Origin: Mytilus trossulus
Taxonomy: Eukaryota
Assembly: GCF_036588685.1 (NCBI RefSeq)
Contig: NC_086375.1
Span: 56,916,001 to 56,980,000, forward strand
DNA: 64,000 nt
Direction: 5' to 3'
Part shown: piece after piece, positions 55,255-64,000 of the stretch
Layout: each line of letters begins with the position of its first letter
Position numbering within the stretch: the first letter of the stretch is position 1
Notes under the pieces: generated by a model
The model's database searches: none
Told to the model about the DNA's origin: nothing
What the model saw: only the letters and a program-made list of their open reading frames with translations
Translations under genes and position numbers: made by a program

Positions 55255-55552
55255 GCAGCACAGTAGGCATCACTTCGTTTGTTGACATGAATATCAATTA
55301 ATTTATATGGTTGTTTTTTTATAAATTTCCTGTTTATAAAAAGAATGAATTTTTCGAAATACCAATACTACAAGACATATATTTCCTTAGCCATATTTGG
55401 CACAACATTTTGAAATTTTTAGTCCTCAATGCTCTTCAACTTTGTACTTGTTTGGCTTTTACAACTATTTTGATCTGAATGGGTCTGATGAGTCTCATGT
55501 AGACAAACCGCGCGTCTGGCGTATTATAAGCCTGGTACCTTTGATAACTATT
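55255..55552 (+). mobile_element. Degenerate retrozyme copy with a mutated hammerhead
   Basis: Body similar to 58860-59140. CTGATGA at 55485-55491 is retained, but GAAA has become AAAC (55505-55508) and the 5' strand of stem I is lost. Confidence 0.75.
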
Positions 55553-55559
55553 ATGCTCA

Positions 55560-56102
55560 TATTTTTTAAGATCCTTTCCGGTTTTACAAGTTTGTGGCTT
55601 GCTGCAGCGTTGACCTTCTTGTTGTTGATCTTATACAGTATTGATCGTCGTTCGTTTTTCCTTCTATCCCCTTACGGTGTTCACTTTAGTTGTTCAAACA
55701 ATAAGTAACGGATGATCTGTTACTGTACCGGTTTGTTCCGTATCTGGCCGATCTCCTTTTTATTGTACCATTTCTAGCTTGTGTTTATCTTTTAGACGTA
55801 TGGATTACATAGAAAGCTGACATATTCGATTGCTTGTCTAACGAGTTAAATGTACAGTAGGCATTTTCTTTGATATCACTGTAAGAGATATTGAGGTTTC
55901 TTTTGAGAAATCCGATGGTTTTATTTGCCTCGGCACAGATCATACGGTTTTTGATATGGTTTTCCAATTTAAGGTCTGGTGTTTTGCAGTTGTTACGTGC
56001 TTCAAAGTGTGACTATGTAAACGATAATCCTTTATAATAGGTGTTCTGTTCTTTGCTACTGATAGTATCTGACATTTATCTGTATGGAATTTCATCATCC
56101 AT
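55560..56102 (-). pseudogene. Decayed CR1/L2-type LINE ORF2 3' fragment
   Basis: WMMKFHTDKCQILSV..Y.LH.H.L; ICAEANKTIGFLKRNLNI; HKLEMVQ..RRSARY; frameshifted. Confidence 0.75.
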
Positions 56103-57119
56103 TTTTCATGGTGTTATCTGCAATTGCCTCATAGTCGATTTAATATTTTCATGCTTATCGTTTATATAGAAGAGCAAGAAAACAATACATCCTGGAATAT
56201 CAAAGTCTGTTGATTGAAAAAATAAATGATTAAGAGTTATACAATTTCGTATATATGTCAAGAAATGATCATAAAATCAGTTATAACCGTTTTACCCTTT
56301 TCTTATACGTTGTTGATATAGACCTAAAAAATTATCATAGTTTGTTTATAGTAATATTCTTTTTTTGCTTTTACATCCGACATTCACCCAAACATGGATG
56401 TAACGTTATCTATGTTTAGAAACAGATGCGAGATTGTGGCCGTCTTAAACTTGCGGAGATACGTGTGCCTTTGCTTTGCATTGAAAATATCGTTATGTTG
56501 TGACTTCGTGCAGGGTCGGTGAAGAACAACAAAGGCAGCGATGTTCCTATATTTTTTTTTTTAAATGCTTATTTTGGAATTCTTTGCGACCAGTTGATAT
56601 GCCATTGATCCATTATTTACCATTATGAATTTTTGATAAGTATCGTTGTTTCTCAAGAGGTCGATATATCGTAATATTATCTTCCAAGAACATTGAAATC
56701 TGATATCTTTATTCACTGTATTTGGGATTTGAGCTGTTTTGTAACACATCGTGACCAAAAAACCCTAATATGGAGAATAAAGATATTGTTGTTCATTGAC
56801 TATTTAACTTGAGATTTAGCAATTATATTATAGTTCTTGTTCATATAACTTATTGTTTGCATTGTATTGACTTTTCTTATAAATTCTGGAAATTTCACAA
56901 AGAAATTTAACAAAACAGTTGGTATCATTTGTTTTTGGTAACTGAAATTGATTTCAGAAATGATGTTTCGGAATGTCAAATAATACACTAATGCCAGTCG
57001 GCACTAAGTTTCTTATATCTGTAGTACTACTTATCTCCTGATACTATACTTTCACATGCAGACAAGACTGTGAAATAGATAAGTCACACTACACATACAT
57101 TTAAATAGATCGTTATACA

Positions 57120-60100
57120 ATGAATGGAATAGTAAAATTATCATTATTTGTCTTTTTTCAAATTTACTTTTTTTACAGGTAAGAACGTTTACTCAATAGT
57201 ATTTCTTCAGACCAAAGATACTTTTAAACGTTCACTGTAAATACTTCACAATTAAACATACAAGTAAAATATGAGGAAGACCAGATATTTCTATGACACA
57301 TGTGTAGTCTCAGAATAGATGCACATGAAACACTACGCAAATTAACTAAATTAAGAATGTCTTTAGCAGTCCAGATTAATTTTCAATAACTACGTAAAAC
57401 AATAAAAGAAAAACAAAGAATAGTTGAAATTTTGACCAAAATACAAACTCCCGTTCATTTATCATGTTTAATCATTTACCATGCAGGGTTCATTCAATAT
57501 AGACTATTGTTTGTTCACTGAATGTCGTTCACCTTTCCATTTTCTGTAACTTTAATAATTAGAAACTGTTTATTTCGGGCAATTGTGAGCGTAGTACCAT
57601 GTAGCTCATGGGTGTAGCTACTTGAAAATAAATTGTAAGCAGGGTGATTTTGTAAAATTATCTAAAATTAATTAGCGAGTGAAGGAAGAGGTGATGTGCA
57701 TGTAAACAAGTCAGGGAATTTGCATATCTAGGTAACTAGCGTTAAAATTTTTAAAAAAGAGGGTGGATTTGTCCAACTACAGGGTGTGGAGCCACTATTG
57801 GTGGGGTATTCATTTTGGATGGTAGACTTGTCCAAGTATATGGTATGATGTGACTATTAGAGTCCTCATTTGAGGGAAGCATTGTCAAACTAAAGGGTGT
57901 GACGCCACTGTTGGCGTCTATTCTCCACTTTCGACTAAAGAATAGTCCAATAATAAGGTATGGCGTCACTATTGGCGTCCGATGTCATATTTTGAATGTA
58001 GAATGGTTCGAAATAAGGTAAATCGTCACTATTGGTGTCCGGTATCCACTTTCGAGGGTAGAATGGTAAAATAAAAAGGTATGGCGTTCGCGTCCTGTGT
58101 CCAGCTTCATGGGGGTCCCTTCGATCAAATATAACTAATTTCTATTTGGAAATAAACATAGTATTTGAATTACGATTAAGCAATAAAAATCATTATATCC
58201 TGTGGATAGTTTGAAACACGCTTATCCTGTATAACAACTTAACAAGTAGTATTTGGTTGGGAGCAAACAGCTTAGGGCAGTCGGATAGGCGAAACTACTG
58301 ATTATCCGTATTATTTATAATCATTTTTATTTTAAAATTTTACATTCGTTTTATTCTATTAGTATTCTGTAACTGTCCCAGCGGATGGTCAAGATACGAA
58401 CAATCATGTTACCACGTCAGTAGAGATTCAGCATCGTGGGCAGAAGCCATGGTAAGTATGATCACCACGAGCGGTATTGCATACTCAATCATTAGAAAAG
58501 TTAACAAAACAATAGAATAAATAAAGTTATACCTTCCAAGGAAAATATACATATATTATATATACAATGTATAGTGGCCGTTTCAACTAGATGCTTAGCA
58601 CATGCCTACTACAAAATAAGGACAAACGTAATCATTAGTGTGGTGGTATCAATTATTCTGCGATCATATGATTTTAAAATATGCAGAAGTATTTCTGCTG
58701 AAATATATATTGTTTTAGTATTTATGAGTCTTTTGTAGACGAAACGCGCGTCTGGCGTATATACAAAATTTAGTCCTGGTATCTATGATGAGTTTAGTTA
58801 CTACCACTGGGTAAATGCCACTGCTGGTGGAGACTTATTTCCTCGAGGGTATCACCAGCCCAGTAGTCAGACATGAATTATCACTGATTTGGTTATATTT
58901 ATAAATTTACTGTTCACAAAATTTAGAATTTTTTAAATACTAAGGCTTTTCTACCTCAGGCATATATTTACCTTAGCTATATTTGGCAAAACTTTTGGGA
59001 ACTTTGGTCCTCAATGCTCTTTATTTACGTTCTTTATTTGGCCTTTATAACTATTTTGGATTCGAGCGTCACTGATGAGTCTTTTGTAGACGAAACGCGC
59101 GTCTGGCGTATATGCAGAATTTAGTCCTGGTATCTATGATGATTTTATTTGTTATCGTTTAGAAAATGTGTGAAATACACGGGAGTTTCCTTGCAAGCAT
59201 TGAAACTGTTGCTGAAGACCAGTACATGAAAACCCTACTTGGAGCTCAACGTCATAGTAAGTACATAATAAGAACATGGAGATCTGATGAGTTAAGCAAA
59301 TTCCAACTGGTTTGTTCTTATTTTGTCCTGTAACGCAACTGAATGAATGACTCGATTTGTCGATTCTGAAGAAATTTTATTACACTTGTTAACTGAATGA
59401 ATAACTCGAATTGTCAATTTTCATAAATTATTTCAGTCAAGTATTAACTAAAAAGTTTGTCATCGTAGCTGAATTCAGTGGTCCATATCTGGATTGCATT
59501 GTGAAAGTATTATCAACCGATAGATGTAGTTCACCTTGTTTTAAAATACTTTCAGCTTCAAGCTTTTGGTTAGGTGGATCAGATTGGGACAACGAAGGAG
59601 AATGGAAATGGGAACCACATGCAATTCAAATGAATTTCACTAACTGGCACAAAGGACAACCAGACAATAGTGGAGGCAAAGAGCATTGTTTATCTGTACA
59701 CAGATCCTACCGTTACGAGTTTGTCGATAACAACTGTCACGATTCACAACACTATTTGTGTGAAAAAACGTACGTACTTGTGCATATAGCAACTGATTAT
59801 CCAAAATGTAAGGAGCTATCATTTTATTTTAGTTTAAATTCAGATACTAGTATGTAGGACTCTAAAGTGTAACGGGGACGCTAAAGTACGATATTCACGT
59901 CAAAGTGCGATGGTCTGCGTTAATTAAAGTGCGATGCCTCCATACGCGGAAGTCCGATGTTTGCGAAAGTATAGACGTACTTAACGTTGGATTATGACGT
60001 TAACAGTCGTTTATACAAACCAATAAGATTTAATCAAAAGCAAAATACTTTTGTAAAGTTTACAGAAATAACCAATAAATTCATTAAAATTGTATAATGA

Positions 60101-61253
60101 CTTTATAAGGACAATGACACATCAGCTACAAAGAAACAACACTTGATTAGAACCTCAAAAGAAACATTCATACCAAGTTTGGTTTCATTCCATTAAGCGG
60201 TTTTCTAGAAGAAGACTTTTGTATATATTTCCAATAGGGTCCTTTGTTAAACTAAGTCTCTCGTCGGTAGTCATCTTGGTTGATTGATTTGCTTCAAAGT
60301 AACAACACTTGGTTGGCATCTCATAATGAACATTCATGTCATGTTTGGTTTCATTCCATTCAGTGGTTCTTCAAAAGAAGACTTTTGTATGTATATCACA
60401 TATGGTCCTTTGTTAAACTAAGTTTCCCGCTGGCAACCATCTTGGATGATTGATTGGCGACAAAGAAACAACACTTGGTCAGCACCTCATAAGGATAATT
60501 CATGCCATGTTTGGTTTCATTCCATTAAGTGGTTCTCTAGAAGAAGACTTTTGTACCATCGTACTTGGGTTTAGACAATCGTACTTTAGAGTGAACCATT
60601 GCACTTTAGCGTGAGACACCGTGGTACTTTAGCTTAAATCATCGCACTTTAGCGAGATCATCGCACTATAGAGTACCATCGCACTTATATATATATATAT
60701 ATCTACTTTCACATTTATCTCAATGAAAATATTACACAGGATAAAATAAAACGCAGGTGGAAGCTATTTGATAATTAAGTGTAAGCTTAACGCCCAACGG
60801 CATATGTTTCAAGCACATCTAGTACAAGATAAAAAAAAAAAAAACAACGAAAAAAACATTCACACTATTGTTAAATCATCCCAATTGTCTCATCTTATTA
60901 GAATGTGTTCCAAATTTTGAAATAATCTGAATTATTTTGGTTTGCTGACGTCAGTGACCCCCTGCTTAAAATTGAACTCGACTCGATTTAACTCTAAAAA
61001 GATGATTTTCGTGTCCTAGAAATAGTTTTAAAATGAGCTCATCATTTGCCAAGTTTTGCTAACAAAATTATAATGTTTACAAGAGAAAACATTTATTAAG
61101 ATACATTTGTAAGCATCACGTCTAGCAAAGAAGGAGGTCCATTAAAATAACACCCCCAAACCATTTCAAAAACAATATCATATGTATGTTTCATTTTTTT
61201 ATTATTATTTTAGGGACACCAGTAGCACAGAAACAGAGGTTCTTGGAAAATGA
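57120..61253 (+). CDS. Secreted perlucin-like C-type lectin, 5 exons, about 164 aa; exon 1 appears frameshifted by one extra T (null allele or homopolymer error)
   Basis: Exons 57120-57178 (signal-peptide-like MNGIVKLSLFVFFQIYFF), 58363-58451 (CPSGWSRYEQSCYHVS..SWAEAM), 59163-59256 (MCEIHGSFLASIETVAED), 59556-59769 (FWLGGSD..EGEWKW..NWHKGQPDN..EHC..C..YLCEK), 61214-61253 (DTSSTETEVLGK*). AATAAA at 61385-61390. Confidence 0.88.
58724..59149 (+). mobile_element. Non-LTR retrozyme: 351-nt unit bounded by direct repeats carrying type I hammerhead motifs
   Basis: Direct repeat ATGAGTCTTTTGTAGACGAAACGCGCGTCTGGCGTATAT..AATTTAGTCCTGGTATCTATGATGA at 58724 and 59075. Equivalent GUC sites at 58752 and 59103 are 351 nt apart. 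Confidence 0.85.
59066..59109 (+). ncRNA. Minimal type I hammerhead ribozyme, intact core
   Basis: Stem I GCGUCA/UGGCGU; CUGAUGA 59072-59078; stem II GUCU-uuugu-AGAC; GAAA 59092-59095; palindromic stem III ACGCGCGU; GUC cleavage triplet 59101-59103. Confidence 0.88.
59860..60686. mobile_element. Element with multiple inverted AAAGTGCGAT subterminal repeats enclosing about 2.5 tandem units of about 166 bp; lectin intron 4
   Basis: AAAGTGCGATG repeats on the left and CATCGCACTT repeats on the right; AACAACACTTG at about 60136, 60301 and 60468; followed by (TA)n. Confidence 0.7.
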
Positions 61254-61504
61254 TAACATATTATTACTAAATATCTTTTTAATATCTTACTTATTTATTG
61301 ATAAATCAAGTTGGCTGCTTTTAGAGGCAGATTTTATTTGATGTACCTTGAGTAATACCTCTGGTCTGGGACTGGTTGAGATAAAATAAAACTTACTGGT
61401 ATTTGAAAATTACCATAGTTAATCTCTGCAAAATGTTTGTGTGCCAGTATTAAGTCAGACACATTATTAGTTAATACCATTTATATATATATATATATAC
61501 ATAT

Positions 61505-62064
61505 AGACGGCTACAGTGCAGGCGATTTGGTGTTACGATATCTCAGTAGCATGGATTCGAATCCCGGGGAGGGAAGCAAATTAACAGATCTAACATTGTT
61601 GGGTTAATGTTTAGACAAGTTGTATATACATAATGTACACAGACATGTATTACCATCACTGCTGGTGATCCGATGGATAAATCTGTTGTAGAGTTGTCAC
61701 TGGCACAGACGTACTATTTTCTATGACTGTATCTTACATTAATTTGTAGGATCCTTTACTATAGATAATTTAGCTGATCTGTAAAAATAACATCTTCATG
61801 CCTTATATATCATGTACTGTAGTACGACGCTAGATTAATACTTGACGCATTTTTTTTGTTCTTCCCTCGCCGGGATTCGAACCCATGCTACTGAGATATC
61901 GTGACACCAAATCGCCTGCACTTTATCCGGTGCGTTAGACCATACGACCACCTGGGCTTCACAATAATAAAGCTTTCGGTGGCCGGGTGTTACCTTTCCT
62001 CGTCAGTTTAAATCTGGGCTTCACAATAATAAAGCTACGGTGACCGTGTGTTACCTTTCCTCGT
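61505..62064. mobile_element. Inverted composite of a tRNA-headed repeat with a hammerhead-like motif, inserted in (TA)n
   Basis: + copy 61505-61847 (B-box-like GATTCGAATCC) faces a - copy 62017-61846 (A-box TGGTCGTATGG, B-box GGTTCGAATCC). Partial tandem repeat 62013-62064. TA runs on both sides. Confidence 0.7.
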
Positions 62065-62362
62065 ATATAATATGCATTTAAGAGTCCTTTCAGAATTTTT
62101 TAGGGGAAAATATCTCTGGTAGCAACTCTTAATTTTTAGTAGGGTCATGTAATTCCTAGCATTTTATGCAGACACTTCTGGCTAACAGTCAGTCAGATTT
62201 GACTTTTACCCAAAATTTGCATGCATAGCAGAAAAGCAGCAATCATTGTTATTAAACACACAACATTAAGCACTCTTTGTTGATAGGCGCACCACCTTCA
62301 CAATTAACATGTTGCAGCAGATAAAAGATAGGCACAACACCTTCAATATCAAAACATTGCAA

Positions 62363-62535
62363 AAAAAAAAGTAAAATCACAAAAATACTGAACTTAGAGG
62401 AAAATCAATTCGGAAAGTCCATAATCACATGGCAAAATCAAAAATAACAAAACGCATTAAAAACGAATGGACAAGAACTGTCATATTCCTGACTTGGTAC
62501 AGGCTTTTTCAAATGTAGAAAATGGTGGATTAAAC
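62363..62535 (-). repeat. Copy of the same dispersed repeat
   Basis: Reverse complement of 2845-3016. Confidence 0.8.
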
Positions 62536-63218
62536 AGATAAAAGACATGCACAATACCTTCGCTATTAACACATTGCATCAGATAAAAGATTCCTTTTGT
62601 TTTGTTTTTTTAATCCTTATATGAGATCATTTGCCACGAATTTGTACGCCATATTATCCATATATTTCAGTTTGAAATAATAACTGGTATCGACGTTTCT
62701 TAAGTAGCCGCAATATCGTAATATAGTATTTCAAATCAACGACTATATCTTTATCCACCGTATTTAGGATTTTTTGTCACGAGTTGATTTATAATATATC
62801 GTGACAAAAAATCCCAAAATATGGTGCATTAAGATAATGAAGTTCTTGGACTACATACCATGAGATACAGTTAGTTTAATCTTGTTCTTCTATATATTTC
62901 CAAATGTGTGAATACTATTTACTTTTCTTATAAATATCGGAGGTCCAAAAGAGGCCAGATTTGACATAATCATTTGGTTTCTCTTGTTTTTTTATAAACT
63001 GAAATCGTTTAAGAAAATGCCTCTGAATGCCAAGTAATATACTATTGTCAGTCATTGGACTATTTGAACAGCGGTATACTACTATTGCCTTTATTGGCTC
63101 TAGGTTTCTTATATCTGCAGTCCTTATCTCCTGATGCTATATTTACACATGCAGATAAGACTGTTTAATGGAATAAGTCACATTTCATACATGTACACGT
63201 ATAATAGATCGCTGTACA

Positions 63219-63276
63219 ATGAATGGAATAGTTAAATTATCATTATTTGTCTTCTTTCAAATTTACTTTTTTACAG
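63219..63276 (+). CDS. Exon 1 (signal peptide) of a tandem paralogous C-type lectin; rest of gene outside the window
   Basis: ATG...TACTTTTTTACAG|gtaag nearly identical to 57120-57178; 58 nt, phase 1. Upstream region and intron 1 are also homologous to the first copy. Confidence 0.8.
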
Positions 63277-64000
63277 GTAAGAATGTTTGCTCAATAATGT
63301 TTCTTCACACGAAGGATTCTTTTAAACCGCTCACTGTAACACTTAAGCATTTTATGTATAAGTATAATAGGAGGAAGATCGGAGACATCTTTTATACACT
63401 TATTGTCTCAAAAAAGACAAACATGAAACGCTATTGAAACTTAGACTTGAAGATATCTCGGATAATTTATTTTCAATAACTACATAGAGCAATGAACTCA
63501 GTGAAAAGCTAGAAACCCGGTTTACAAATTAACAGAAATTTGACCTTAACCCCCAATCTCAAACATTTATCATGTTTTTGGTTGTTGCTATTCAGGTCTT
63601 ATTCGATCACTATGATATGTGAATAATAGTTACTTGTAAGTTGACTGAATTGCTATGCAGCTTTTTCGTTTTCTGTAACTAATTCAGAGTTATGTTAATC
63701 GTGAATGTAATAAAAAAAAAAACAATCAAAGGTAACGGATGTACAGATCATATTCTGCTTGGACGAATATCATTGTGTCGCTTTCGATTATTTACCCACT
63801 TGTTAAACGAGGTTTCATCTGCCCGATCAGGTTTAGTTTTGCGCAAAATTTCAAAACTAAGAAACTACTTACCTTTTTTATATAGAAGAACCAACTGGTG
63901 TCAGTTGAAGAAGACCCACATTGAAATGAGATAATTTTGCATTATTTTCACTCATTTAAATGACTTTGATTGACAGGCAATATCTAAGAGCTGAGTACTA

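Noticed and set aside
56888-56898. NF-kB-like site GGAAATTTC upstream of the lectin
   Set aside because: Imperfect match and not retained in the paralogous promoter.
59284-59330. CTGATGAG in lectin intron 3 as another hammerhead
   Set aside because: No stem II followed by GAAA and no NUH site; looks like a fragment of a different repeat.
61861-61958. tRNA gene on the minus strand
   Set aside because: A and B boxes are too far apart, there is no convincing cloverleaf, and it is duplicated within a repeat. It is a tRNA-derived head, not a tRNA.

Overview
AT-rich eukaryotic genomic DNA. The repeat families suggest a bivalve, probably a Mytilus-type mussel (inference). Bases 4855-49580 hold a complete + strand LYST (lysosomal trafficking regulator/CHS1) gene. 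I could chain it by hand into 51 phase-consistent coding exons (10749 nt, 3582 aa; helical N-terminus, ConA-like region, PH, BEACH, WD40), including a 2591-nt exon and one GC-AG intron inside BEACH. Downstream lie a 5-exon perlucin-like C-type lectin gene (57120-61253, with an apparent +1 T frameshift in exon 1) and exon 1 of a tandem paralog (63219-63276, running off the window). Introns and intergenic DNA carry MITEs, Helentron/HINE elements, SINEs and decayed LINE/Penelope-like fragments. Most notable: (1) a 351-nt hammerhead-ribozyme retrozyme in sense orientation in lectin intron 2, with two more family copies nearby; (2) an inverted tRNA-headed repeat with a hammerhead-like motif directly 5' of the tRNA-like part; (3) long palindromic elements that share a strand-asymmetric GA/GA-mismatch hairpin apex. 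All coordinates were read manually and no database searches were run.
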